Assembly: GCF_006345805.1 (NCBI RefSeq)
Contig: NC_042999.1
Location: 48,608,001-48,672,000 of the forward strand
Reading direction: 5' to 3'
Length of the DNA stretch: 64,000 nt
Origin: Octopus sinensis
Taxonomy: Eukaryota
Shown here: one piece after another, positions 24,094 to 36,906 of the stretch
How the letters are laid out: each line of letters begins with the position of its first letter
How positions within the stretch are numbered: the stretch's first letter is position 1
Notes under the pieces: generated by a model
Told to the model about the DNA's origin: nothing
The model's database searches: none
The model's input: the letters and a program-made list of their open reading frames with translations, nothing else
Position numbers and translations under genes: made by a program

Positions 24094-24129
24094 TGTTTCC
24101 GACGAAGAGCTCCACTCGAAACGTCATAC
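24094..24129 (+). ncRNA. Minimal PLE-type hammerhead motif (slightly degenerate)
   Basis: tGTTT CCGACGA a GAG ctcca CTC GAAA C GTC ATAC. ACGT palindrome in place of stem III, GUC triplet, U4>C, one stem I mismatch. Confidence 0.65.
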
Positions 24130-24221
24130 CCTCCTTCTTCCATTTCCTGAGCGCCTAATAATAATAATACTGTAATTGTTCCACGTGTTGTTGTTTTTTC
24201 TGTTTTCCCGTTTGGATTAAC

Positions 24222-24295
<74 letters not shown>

Positions 24296-24336
24296 CATAT
24301 ATATATATATACATATATATATATACAATGGTACAA

Positions 24337-24376
<40 letters not shown>

Positions 24377-24599
24377 ATATATATATATGTATAAATTTAT
24401 GTATATATAAAATTCTGTTAATTTCAACTTTATATGTAAGGATATTCACTCGGTGCCAAAATAGGACACACCAGAAATGAACTAGCAAGCATCTAAGGCA
24501 AGTCCAGAAGGACATAGGGAAAAGGTGAAAGGTGACACACACTACACGCTTCTTAGTTATATTGAAAACCAACGTGTACACTTGATGCATTGCAAATCA

Positions 24600-25110
24600 G
24601 CTAAATACCCAAGATGACCAACACACCGAAAACATAGAAAACCCAGCAACACATGCTTCCTTAAAATATTCCATTTTAGCGAGAAGCTAACTACAGCCAT
24701 CTAAAGAACCATAAGAGGAGAAGGGCTAGACCTACAAAAATGCCACTTCGGCCCTACTTTGAGAAGACACCTCGCAAAGAAAAGATAAACGGACAACAAT
24801 CACTGCACGCCAACAAAATGTCCCACCCGTGACATAGATGTATGCCAACGGTTAAATATTGTGTATAGAATACAATGTAACAAATGCAACAAGTTCTATG
24901 TGAATAGCACAACAAGACCTTTACACGCCCGCCTCAAAGAACATCTGAACAAGGGGTCTCCTCCTTCGGAAAACAACTAGACATGCGGGAACACCGACAA
25001 AAGCATAACAGTCACAATTGAGACCAATGAAAGAAATTTGGGTAATTTAAGAATTAAGGAAGTTACACTCATACACAGACCAGGGCCAGTAATTAACAAC
25101 AGGCTGAAGG
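24600..25110 (+). mobile_element. Penelope-like element fragment (GIY-YIG region)
   Basis: From 24843 it reads CQRLNIVYRIQCNKCNKFYVNSTTRPLHARLKEHL. Confidence 0.8.
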
Positions 25111-25434
25111 TTGGTAATCAATATATTATTTAGCTACATATGGATGCCTGTGGGTTCATTTTTGATAACATGCTCATATATTGTTCATAACAAAAAAGGA
25201 AAGAAATGGAGAAGGTGGAAAAAAGGGAAACTGCACGTATAACCCATAACTTAGAAGCAGCGCTACTGATATACCAGCACACACGAGATTGAGACGTGGC
25301 CTACCTCACGCACTTCTCATGAGGAATTTCGAAAGAAGATTTGTGAGACTACTGCTGAAACGCTTCCCAGAAAAACAAAGAAAAATCGTTAGAAAACCGA
25401 TTATAGCAACGACTCCATCAATTCCTAGGGATAT

Positions 25435-25470
25435 TTGAAGATGGAATTTTATTCCGAAATATATCAGACT
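25435..25470 (+). ncRNA. Degenerate minimal hammerhead motif downstream of the PLE fragment
   Basis: TTGAAGA t GGAAT ttt ATTCC GAAA TATA TC agact. Perfect 5-bp stem II and ATATAT palindrome, but C3>U and stem I is lost. Confidence 0.45.
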
Positions 25471-25741
25471 ATGGATGATTAAATTACAACCATTATTACA
25501 AGTCTATTATTCGTATTATAGTGCATTGTTGTGTCATTCAAAATATGTTATTCTTTACAAACAATAAACAATGCTTCAAGCGAACTACAATATCCTCCTA
25601 TCAACTTTATATAAATGTATATATATATATAAATATATTAGAAAGATTTAGTCGTCACCAAATGTGACTATGTGTACCGCAGCAACTACATTGCTTGTAA
25701 TAAGTGTAAGATTATCTTAATGCTGTAAGACGTGCTCTGTG

Positions 25742-26235
25742 TATATACACTGACAAGGGAAGTAACCGACCCAGGACCGTCTCTAGAATCACTAGACGAG
25801 GCCATAATTTTGTGTATTCTGAAACCATCGGCAGTATTGGCTACTTAGATAGTCGATGGTTTAGCTATTTCTGTCTGCGGGTAAACATTTTTATGGCAAA
25901 AAATTACGTCTGATTTAGCGAAATACTAGTGCTTATACGAAAAATTAATATAAATTTCTAGTCGCAATGTAATATGGGGGAAAAATTTACACATCACTAA
26001 GTGTGGCTATGGGAGTAGAAAACCTCACTTTGCTAGAAATAAGACTTAAAATCTCTTAATGCTGTAAGAAATTTTTTATGGTAAAAAAATATATACTGGC
26101 AGACAGAATTAGCGAAACCATCCACCGCTTGAGTAGTCACTACTAACGAAACCTACAGAATAGGCGAAACTAGTCCTAGTCTAGTTATATTAGAGACGGT
26201 AATGGGGCAGTTGCTACCCCTGTCACTCTATATAT
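25742..26235. repeat. Pair of diverged inverted copies (~150 bp) of an HHR-bearing repeat
   Basis: 25742-25895 (minus) aligns with ~26080-26235 (plus), e.g. CAGACAGAA.TAGC.AAACCATC and GTCTAGT..T.TAGAGACGGT. Confidence 0.7.
26139..26180 (+). ncRNA. Degenerate minimal hammerhead motif
   Basis: ACTA CTAACGA a aCCTA cagaa TAGGc GAAA CTAG TC c TAGT. ACTAGT palindrome and GUC triplet; two G>A changes (G5 and the first stem II base). Confidence 0.55.
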
Positions 26236-26332
26236 AAATGCACTACATTCGACTCTACTAATTTTATAGTGTTAAGCTGCCACTATTATAAGCCATTGAA
26301 GTTAACACTCTAATGCCTTTATTTCTCTACCC

Positions 26333-26522
26333 CAGTGGGTTTCAACCAGTACAGTCCAGGGGTTCCGCAAGAAGTTACAAAACTGCTAAAATCGGCAGTA
26401 ATTTTTAATCCTCCTGTGCAGATATGTGTGCATAAGACTATTAAATTATTGCACAGGGGTTCCTCGAGCCGGTGGAATGTTTCCTTGGGGTTCCGCTCCA
26501 GCAAAAAGTTTGAAAAACACTG
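26333..26522. mobile_element. hAT-type MITE
   Basis: TIRs CAGTGGGTTTCAACC / GTTTGAAAAACACTG. Flanking 8-mers CTCTACCC and TTGTACCC form an imperfect TSD with a central TA. Confidence 0.7.
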
Positions 26523-26684
26523 TTGTACCCTATAGAGGTCCTCCTAATACTCGGTTTGGCGCTTTCTCGGTCACATAGCATGCACAAATCTCTATCCTAA
26601 ACTGCTATTCTCTGAAGATTTATTCTGTGTTGCTTACGATCTTGAAACGCTACCCCCACTTCCTTTGGCTATCTGATAATTCTT

Positions 26685-26852
26685 ACTATTCTAGGCACAA
26701 GGCCCGAAATTTTAGGGGAGGGGCCCAGTCGATCATATCGACACCAGTACGCAACTAGTACTTAATTTATCGACCCCGAAATGATAAAAGGTAATGTCAT
26801 CCTCAGCGGAATTTGAACTCAGAACGTAAAGATAGACGAAATACCGCTAAGC
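26685..26852 (-). mobile_element. SINE fragment (family B)
   Basis: CTTAATTTATCGACCCCGAAA...GCGGAATTTGAACTCAGAACGTAAAGA, the reverse complement of the 18079 family. Confidence 0.75.
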
Positions 26853-28057
26853 ACACACTGTACGTCGCCACAATTGAATCCTTGCCATTATACATACCGT
26901 CTTCTTTATAGCATACCAGTGAAAATACCTTCCTCACTTATGTCACAATCCCTTATTTCTGCATAGGTGTATGTGTGTGCGTGCTTTTAAAGTTAGAGTG
27001 TCGGACTTACTTATAATCATGAGGTAGTAAGTTCGATTCCTGAGGCTACACTGAGTTACATGTTACCAGAAACAAGTAATGTCACGTCGACCTGATATTA
27101 TATGCGTTAGTGTAAGCGCCTGTGGATTCATTTAAATTATCATCTTTGCTCTCTTGTGGACACTTCTTGACAGCGTAAAGCTTTTACAGAATTATACTAC
27201 GAAATTATATATTACTGATTTGACATATTGCGATTATGAAAATATTTGAGCTTGTCATATGTTAGATAATAAGCGTGACTAATTAAACTATCAATGTCAG
27301 TTTATTACGAATGATTAATTTTGCCGATTGTATATATTCGTTGTATTATTAATGAGAGACTAAAGCTATGCAATATGAAAATGTATTCCGTTGGTCTTTT
27401 GACCCGATTTTAACCATTAATACATTGAAATTTACTATGATGATACATGAGACCATATCATGCGAAATGAAATCTGCACACCGATGATAGGCTTGTGCAG
27501 TTGTGAAAGACATCTACCGGCAAATTGTCGTGTTTTGGAAGCGATTTCTTTACTCTAATTTCATGAGTATTGATAATATGAGCATGATACGCATACATGC
27601 CCCACAGCTCTCCATATCACTATAATCATCTTTGAATAATAAAATTTCCCTGAATTAGAAACAAATCGATGCTGATTCGAAGTCTCTGTCGGAGAACTGA
27701 CCGATAGATTTCATTCTTCTTTTGAGAAACTGGGATTATTCTTATTTTTGTAAAGATATTTATTTAACAACCTTTTGGCAAGATGAATGTTCATTCAACG
27801 TTCTTTACAATATTTTCCTTTTTACATCATTACAATCTCCATTTGGTTTTAGGGTTTAATGAATGTGAACATATTATGCAGTTAATTAAATATATGTCAT
27901 ATGAATTCTTAATATTGCTGTCACTCTTTTGCATTTATATGGATATAAGATATCATATACTATGTCAACTTAATATATAATATTAGTTTTTTATAGTTTT
28001 ACACTAACTGTAAGACATATATGGTCGATACACACACACACACACACACACACACAC

Positions 28058-28180
<123 letters not shown>

Positions 28181-28199
28181 GTGCGAATCATTCTGTTTT

Positions 28200-29450
28200 A
28201 ATACTTTATTAATTCAGACACTCACAGGTTCAATTTCCACTCATTTAATTAATTATGTAATTTTTTCCTAAAAGCTTCGTTGCTTCTTTCAACCTCTTCA
28301 ATATTTGTCGACCCTGGCCTTCCCTATTTTCTCTTTAGTCCTTTCAATGGTGTTCCAGGATTTGCTCCTACAGAATGGGCAAATTCCATTCCTATCGTTA
28401 CGTATTATGGTTTCAAATTTCCTCATGACTCCTTTGTATACTCTGATCCTTTCTCTATGGTTGTATCCCGAGAACTGCATGCGGTGAACGAAGTGTGGTA
28501 TGCATCTCTATTACTCTGTATGGTCGCACATATGGGACACATTCCTCGTGACACTGATGAGGTCCGCCTCATTTGTAGGGGTGTCTTTCATATCATCGAC
28601 ATATCGAGAGTACATGTTCGTGAGGATGGAGTACTGTGTCAAGCGTTCTTTAAGCCTTCTGTCACACCATACCAAGAAAACTTTGGCCACATCACCGGCG
28701 GTACTGAACGCGATGGCTTCCCTCTCATCCTGGGCGTATATTTTGTTGTTAAACTTCAACGTGTGGCGTGGCCTATTAGGGTAACATTTATACTAGCTAC
28801 TAGTGCATGTACAATCATATTCTTAACGTGATACTGGTTCTCGGAGGTCCGTATGGCTCTGTTCAAACCACTCCATCTCTCTATGGGGTCTTCCTAACCA
28901 TAGATGTAATTGTGGGTGACCTAACTCTTAAACGAAAACTGGGGCAAAAACGTCTCAGGTCATGTTTGTCTAGAAATTCATTGTCATATATCAGTCTAAG
29001 CAGGAGGCCCAGTTCCCGTCTTGACATTGCATGACTCCACTTCCCTCTCGTTGATCAGCACGCACTTCTCCACCGCAAGATCCACATCGATAGATAGGCA
29101 TAGGGATACCACATCCATGCTACCCACTATACATCCTGTCGGGTCGCAGATGTTGTTACAGTCGTTGAGGAGATGTTTCGTACTGTCACAAACATCAGGT
29201 GACATCAAGATTATGGGACGTATGATCTTTAAGAGGAAGTACGAGATTTTGTGGTTGAGTTGCTAGCGATATTTCCTCCACAGACTGGTCTTATTGGTGG
29301 TCCCACCACTGGATCAGTGGTTACTTTATGGTTCTTGCGGAGTCCATACTGCATCGAAATATCGTTGTTCCAAACTTGTAAATTGTTGGCCGTGCGTTTG
29401 CAGGTCCGAACACAATTGTCCACATCATCATGTGGGTGTTGAGGGCTTTT
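28200..29450 (-). mobile_element. Penelope-like element reverse transcriptase pseudogene (internally deleted, frameshifted)
   Basis: Successive minus-strand ORFs: PPIRPVCG; IVGSMDVVSLCLSIDVDLAVE (RT motif with catalytic Asp); MKFNNKIYAQ...YSRYVDD (YxDD); MQFSGYNHRERIRVYKG (PLE thumb region). Confidence 0.85.
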
Positions 29451-29954
29451 CCCATCTTTTCATGCGCCTGTAAAGTTACTTACATATTGACGATGTGAGG
29501 TTGCACTGCCTGGATATAGCTCGGCGTAAAGCCTGAAAAATATACGTCACTAAAGTTAACTTGGTCGCTATTCAGAGTCTCCCTTTTCAAACATTAAAAT
29601 AGCGAATGTGTGGCTACTGAGTTATATTGACTCTTATTTCTAGCACTACTGGTACTGATTAGTGTCCTCTTCATTTTAGTGCTGTATATATTTTATACTG
29701 TTACATTGTTAAATTGCGAATTAGCCACCTGTACTGGTTTTAATTCTCAAACTATCATTCATGAAATCATCATATGATTTCAACGGTGATCTTAGCCGCG
29801 GTGAGACTTACTGATGCCCATTAAGTTACGTTTAGCCTCAGAATGCGACATCATTGGTGATCTAGCTCTAGCTGCGACCGTATGGGTTTATTTCCCTTGT
29901 CAGCTCATTAAGATAGTGATTTTGCTGATTAGTGCCCATGTTTACTTTAGTGAA

Positions 29955-29999
<45 letters not shown>

Positions 30000-30064
30000 A
30001 TATATATGTGTGTGTGGTGTGTGTGTGGTGTGTGTGTGTGTGGTGTTGTGTGTGTGTGTGTGTA

Positions 30065-30249
30065 TGTATTATGTGGGAGCGATCCTGCAGTACTCTTTCA
30101 CCACAACTTTCTCTCACTCTTTCTTCTGCTGGCCTGCTCGCTTAGCCAGCGGGGTGGTGTCATCTGAAGGCTAAAACAATGCGAAGCGCATCGTGACCAG
30201 CGATGTGTAGCAACATCTGATAGCCTGGTCGGTCACGGTGATCACGGTG

Positions 30250-30250
<1 letters not shown>
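30065..30250. repeat. Short interspersed repeat with a strong terminal hairpin
   Basis: GTGACC-AG..GATGT gtagca ACATC..CTGGTC-GGTCAC nested inverted repeats at 30196-30238, next to a (TA)n tract. Confidence 0.5.
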
Positions 30251-30333
<83 letters not shown>

Positions 30334-31982
30334 CATACATACATAGTGAGAGAGTGCGTGAGAGAGCGAGAGAGGGAGATGGGGAGAGCAAGAGACAAAG
30401 AATTACAAAGATAGAGCACAGAAAGGGAGGTGGTAAAGACAGAGAGAGCGAGAAAGTGACGGAAAATTTTATAAGAACTACAGTAACATAGATAATAGCC
30501 ATAGAAATATAATTCATTTATCGATAACTGAAATGCTTCATATGAACACTTGTACCTGGGTTAACAAAAGTGACCCAAGATATCTTATCTATCCATCAAA
30601 CTGTCTGAGAGTACAGATTTCGAACGATGTTATGCATATATTCACACGAAGTTTATGTGAATATATGCAAACTGCTTGAAGGAGTTTAAGTAAATGCAGA
30701 TATAAAAACTTACAATAATTTTGACATTTACAGAACGACATTTTTTTATAACATATTATACATTTGCACTTGCGTTCGATAATATATTAAAGAATGTCAC
30801 CTTCACATTAGCTTTAACCTAAAAATTACTCATACTTCTAACTTAAGTATAGTTACAGCTATATTCATTAACCATACTGTGAGCATTAAATTATATAAAT
30901 CTTTCAGAAACAATATTGCAAAGAAACCCCTTGTTATATTAGAATCGTGCCTTTATCGATACATTCTATATAAGTCATCGTTAACCAGCCATGTCCTGCC
31001 TTCTACAATACTGTTTAAATCAAGCAGTCCTTCGTTGAAGTTAATTTTTCCTTTACTTATAACAGCTTCGAAATCTACGACACTCTCGCCTGCATTACTT
31101 ACATCGACGTCATTCGTGCCAAACTATAAACAAAATTAACGATGAAACATTTCTCTCACATTTGTGTAGGTGTACATTTTATTTCAGGGTTTTCTTTTCC
31201 TTTCGTGATGAATTTCCTTACCCTCACACTATATTCACAATATTCTCTTAAATAAACTTTAAACGTGTAATATTTTATTGCCTGTTGTTTCGTATAGCAA
31301 ATAAACTATATGTTTGACAAATCTCAGCCCGACGTACACACACGAAAGTTTAATCATATACATCTTTGCCGCCTCTTTGCATTTATCTATCATTTATAGC
31401 TGTTATTAAATTTACAATGCATATACATCTCTTTCACCTGTATTTACCATTTTTCCTGTAGTATTCTCTAGCTAATATTATATCACGTAACCTTATAAAC
31501 TGCAGATAACCAAACTAGACACATTATCAGTCTGCTGTTTTGTAAATAATATTTATTGATTTGACACTAATATCTATATACTATATATCAATAGCTTGTG
31601 TATTCGGAATTGTAGAATATTATGTTGGTTAACGTAAGTTCATTTTGACACCAAATAAATTCTAAATTTTTAACTCTGCTTGAACAAAACTGAGTCTTGT
31701 TTCATACTTGTTAAATCAGAGGTTTCCATTCAGTTTAGCTGTCATCGTTATTGGTGGAGTTGATATGAAATTACTCAGAATGTTGGCCCATTAACATTCT
31801 TTTACTTCCCACAATCAACAAAATATAAATTTAGCCATATTTAAATTTTTGGAATTGTCAATATTAATACCGGCATTATGGAACATTTGTTAATTGGAGA
31901 TGGACAGCAATGAGCCGTGTTTCTATATCCATATTTCAGCATTAAATAATTCCATCACCAGACATTCATCATTTACACAAAA

Positions 31983-32053
<71 letters not shown>

Positions 32054-32163
32054 ATTAAAAAAATAAGGGTAGAAATTGATATGAATCAATTAAAACCTGT
32101 GGATTAGCATATATAAAAAATCCGAAGATTACAAATTGTTACATGCAAAATTATGAAAAATCA

Positions 32164-32512
32164 TCACTAAAGTGGACACCTAATATGCTAAACATAGAGG
32201 TCAAATCACCATTACCACGAAGAATGTGTTCTGAAGAAAAATTTCAGCAAAATGCCAAAATGTAAAAATCAGCAAGACAAATAAAAAATATACGAAATAA
32301 AAAGAAAAACGATTACCTACGTACCAACAGGTATATATTAACATGTGAAACCATTCGTACGTAGGTAATCATTTTTTATTTCGTATATTTTCATTTGTCT
32401 TGCTCATTTTTACATTTTGGCGTTTTGCCGAGATTTTTCTTGAGAACACTTTCTTCGTGGTAATGGCGATTTGACGTTTATGTTTAGCATATTAACTGTC
32501 CATTTTAGTGGT
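32164..32512. repeat. Inverted repeat (arms ~160 bp, 32-nt spacer); a third, more diverged direct copy lies at ~33130-33290
   Basis: ...GATTACCTACGTAC (to 32324) / GTACGTAGGTAATC (from 32357)...; outer ends CACTAAAGTGGACA / TGTCCATTTTAGTG. Confidence 0.9.
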
Positions 32513-32640
32513 CATTCCTCTTAATTTTGATTCATACATGTAGGTGTTATTTTATTAGTGATCTTCTATATAAATGAAGCTATATCCAATAATTTGCTGT
32601 ATTTCTTTACACGAAAGGCGAAATTGCTACTTTAACGAGT

Positions 32641-32712
<72 letters not shown>

Positions 32713-32951
32713 TATCACCCGAGGCGACACAGCTGCACCGTATGAATTTCCGGAAACAGGTGTTAAGTATCGCATCCGTGAGGGATCGGTACTAGATGTG
32801 TCGAAACGATTCTGGTGAGTAATAATAATTCTTGTACCTTCCATACACAATGGACACTGTGAAAGTGACCGTGCTTTACCAGTAAACTGCCAGGTATGAA
32901 ACATTTATTTATTATGTTATATATGTGCCTATATCTGTGTGCTTGTGTGCG

Positions 32952-32998
<47 letters not shown>

Positions 32999-34667
32999 GA
33001 GACTATGTAGATCTGTGTTTCAAATGTAAGCAGAAGGCCAGGACATTTGACGGTTGGGTTTCAGTCGATGAAACCGATACAAGTACTTTACTAGTTATTC
33101 ATATATATATATATACAAAATTTAGAGGACTGACCACTAAAAGTGGACAGCCTATACGCTAGATATAGACGTTAAAATCGTCAGTTTCCACAAATAATGT
33201 GTTCTCAAAGAAAAATTCAGCAAAGACCGAAAGTGCAAAAAATAAGCAAGACAACTGAAAATATACGAAATAGAAAACGATTACCTCTGTACTAATCAGT
33301 TTCACTTGTTAATATTTACGTATATGGACACGTAAACATCTGCAATATCATACAGCATAATCTGTCGTTTACAAAACCCAATTTCCAGAAATAGATACAG
33401 AACGCTCATAAATATATATGTATGTACGTATGTATGTATGTATATCAAGTTAAGTTTCTTTCTTCATATTTTGTATAATACTTCTCTCTAGGTCTGCATA
33501 CATGTTGTAAATACGGATGCATTGATGTTTTTAATGCAACTGGAAACACATCTATCACTTGCATATATATCAGGTTGTCTTAGAAATCAGTGAAGAAGAT
33601 GCCTTTAGTTTTCGTTTCTTTGTGCCAAGTTTCTCAACTTCCTGCTAAAGCTATAACCAAAATATAAACTTCTAAAAAATCTAATTAAATGTCTTCGTAA
33701 AAGATGAGATTTTCAGAGTCCCCCACTTTTATTAAATTTCTTTGTAGCAAAAGCAATTGACTTATTTCCTCTTATGATATTCGTTGTAATTTTCGATTTT
33801 TGGATTAGAGAATGGCTGCAGCTTGATAACTACTTAGGAAGGAATATAGATCATGCAGGGAAGTATTGGCTAATAAAATGAAATGTCAAATACGGTAAGA
33901 GATAAGATTTCGATTGAACATTTAAAGATTTGTCCTTATTGAATTATTATTGCCATGCGTAGGAAGATGTAATCCTTTTGAAAATAGCGGATATTTCAAA
34001 GAAAATAATATGAAAAGTAAGATCTCTTACTGATTCCAAAGAAAACTGGAACGTTTATTAAACGGTTCAGAATTCAAATGCAGTTATTATCTGTTCCCAT
34101 GAACTAGAGATTCGTCACGTTGTTATATTTTCGGAAGTATTTTCGTAAATACATGATGTAAATTATCTTCGTTATGTTACATAATTTGTATGAATTTCAG
34201 GCATATACATTGCTTTCCTTCTATGAATACATTTTATTAATATTTCAGCCAATGTAAATACCAATACATCTCATGACATGACACAGTGGCAACTTAATCC
34301 TATGAAATGTGTGCAAATGAATCGATCTCTCCTTAGTGTGTCTTGCATTGATAAAATCGTTTCACGAAGGAAGTTTGCCATATACGTTTCAAATTTGATT
34401 CTGAATCAGGAACAGAGTCTTCAAACCAGAGCATAAAGCAGTGTGTTCCAATGTCAAAAACCTTAACGAAAATAACATTTTCTTGAGTTAATGTTCCACA
34501 TAGCAGAAATTTCGCATAATAATAAGAAATTAATGCAATTTAGTATAAAAGAAATGCGTGATTTAAACACAGGTTTTTGAATAATAATACGAATAACAAC
34601 AACAACAATAATAATAATCATAATCATAATAATAATTATAATGATAATAATAATAATAATAATTATG

Positions 34668-34713
<46 letters not shown>

Positions 34714-34715
<2 letters not shown>

Positions 34716-35267
34716 GCCCTGATGCAGTACCAGGCAGTGGCTCTCATGGCTTCTGATCTTAACTGATTGGAAGTGTTATCATGTACATTGTTTTGTCTTG
34801 GTATAAAAGATGGGCTACAGCAAATATTCTGCTCAATACCACAGATTTGTTTGTCAGTTGTTTGACCTTAACCAGTTGAGCATGTCCCTTAGTGGCTGAC
34901 GATATGTGCATCTCTGATCACGAGCAGAAGTAGTGGGGGAGCATCATGGCCATGTGTTGAGAGGGATTCTTTGGAGTTTGAATGGTTCACCTCTGGAAAC
35001 AGGTGTTTCGTTCAACATCCTAAAGCAACCCTTATTCAGGGACCGTTTGAGCAGGATGGGCTACTCAACCTGAAGAAAATTCTAACTGGGCCCCACCTGC
35101 AAGGTCATGTGCTGTTTATCTTGATATGAGATCACCATGTCGCGCACATATGGTTGTGATGCATGAGCCTGGTGTACCTTTATCGGACGGGTAGTCATGA
35201 TGGGTATATTGGGCTTCGTATATTTTACCCCAGTGTCAATTTGATGGCATGAACTGCTCTCTCACTC
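34714..35267 (+). mobile_element. Non-coding retroposon-like repeat embedded in (AAT)n
   Basis: Flanked on both sides by (AAT)n, ends CTGCTCTCTCACTC-AATAAT, and has a second copy immediately downstream. Confidence 0.7.
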
Positions 35268-35314
<47 letters not shown>

Positions 35315-35323
35315 TAATAATAA

Positions 35324-35724
35324 TGCTCGTGATCAGAGATGCACAGGCTGATGATATGTGCATCTCTGATCACGAGCAGAAGTAGTAGTGGGGTAGCATC
35401 ATAGCCATGTGTTGAAAGGAATTCTTCGAGCTTTGGATAATTCACCTTTGGAAATATGGGTAGTTCGTTCAACAACCTTGAACAATCTTTATTCAGGGAC
35501 ATTTTGTGCGGAATGGGCTACACGACCAGAAGAAAATTCTAACTGGGCCCAACCTGCAAGGTCATGCTCTGTTTATTTTCATATGAGATCACCATGTCGC
35601 GCACATATGGCTGTGATGCATATGCCAGGTGTACCCTTATCAGACAGGTAGTCATGATAAGTATACTAGGCTTCGTATATTTTACCCCAGTGTCACTTTG
35701 ATGGCATGCACTGCTCTCTCACTC
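35324..35724 (+). mobile_element. 5'-truncated second copy of the same repeat, with a 22-bp fold-back at its 5' end
   Basis: Aligns with 34895-35267; TGCTCGTGATCAGAGATGCACA (35324-35345) is the exact reverse complement of 35357-35378. Confidence 0.8.
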
Positions 35725-35933
35725 AATAATAATAATGATGATGATGATGATGAATGATGATTGATGATGATTGATGATGATGATGATTGATTGATTGGTT
35801 GATTGGTGGTTGGTGATGATTGATGGTGATTGATGGTGATTGATGATGAGGAGGAGGAGGAGGATGTTGATGATGAGGAGGAGGAGAGGGAGGATGATGG
35901 TGATGATGATGATGATTGATGATTGATGATGAT

Positions 35934-36001
<68 letters not shown>

Positions 36002-36489
36002 AAAATGACTTCAGATTCTGCGTATATTTACATATCGTAATAGGCGTTTGATTCGCAGAGAATTGGAATTTGAAATTGACTGCATTATTTCCCACAAGCC
36101 AGTGCTGTTGCATTTAAGAACGGAGCGTGATTCAGATTACAATTACCAGTAGTTGAAGTGTTGCCACATAGGGATACAAGCAAGGTTCATACTAAGTCAC
36201 ACTTCAATCTCCAAAGCACATACTGTTTGTAACTCAGCAAATAGTCGTCAAATCCATTATTTAGGGCTGTGAGGTTCAATAAAATTGACCATCGCTGACT
36301 ATAATGTCTCCATTCGTGAGAAATATACAGTCACATGGTCGTAAGTAATAGTGATATTTACCGTAAGTATATATGTGTGTATGTTAATATGCAGACATGT
36401 GTATGTACGTATGACTGAATCATATATATATTTGTGTATGTGTGTATATATATATATATGTGTGTGTGTATGTATGTATATGTGGTTGC

Positions 36490-36838
36490 ACAATGGCCCA
36501 GTGGTTCGGGCAGCGAACTGGCGGTTGTAGGATCGCCGCTTCGATTCCCAGGCTATGCGTTGTGAGAGTTTATTGAGCGAAAACACTGAAAGCTCCTCTT
36601 TGCTCCAGTAGGGTGTGGTGGTCATCCTGCTGCCCTCTTTCACCACAACTTTTACACGTTCTTCCTGTTTCTGATGTACCTGTATTTCAAAGGGCCAGCC
36701 TTGTCACATGCTATGTCACGCTGAATCTCCCGAAGAGCTACATTAAGTGTACACGTGTATGTGGAGTGCTCAGCCACTTTCACGTTAATTTCCTGAGCAG
36801 GTCGGATCAACTGGAACCCTCGTCGTCGTAACCGACTG
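36490..36838 (+). mobile_element. tRNA-headed SINE
   Basis: Head TGGCCCAGTGGTT...TTCGATTCC; the tail GGAACCCTCGTCGTCGTAACCG is shared with the 52.1-kb copy. Confidence 0.7.
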
Positions 36839-36874
36839 AGCTCCACGATATATATATACATATATAGAGAGAGT

Positions 36875-36906
<32 letters not shown>

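Noticed and set aside
28552-28575. CTGATGA as an HHR core
   Set aside because: It is antisense to PLE RT coding sequence, with no stem II/GAAA/NUH arrangement.
35348-35380. CTGATGA in the 22-bp hairpin loop as an HHR core
   Set aside because: No downstream GAAA or stem III; the other copy reads CTGACGA without HHR geometry.
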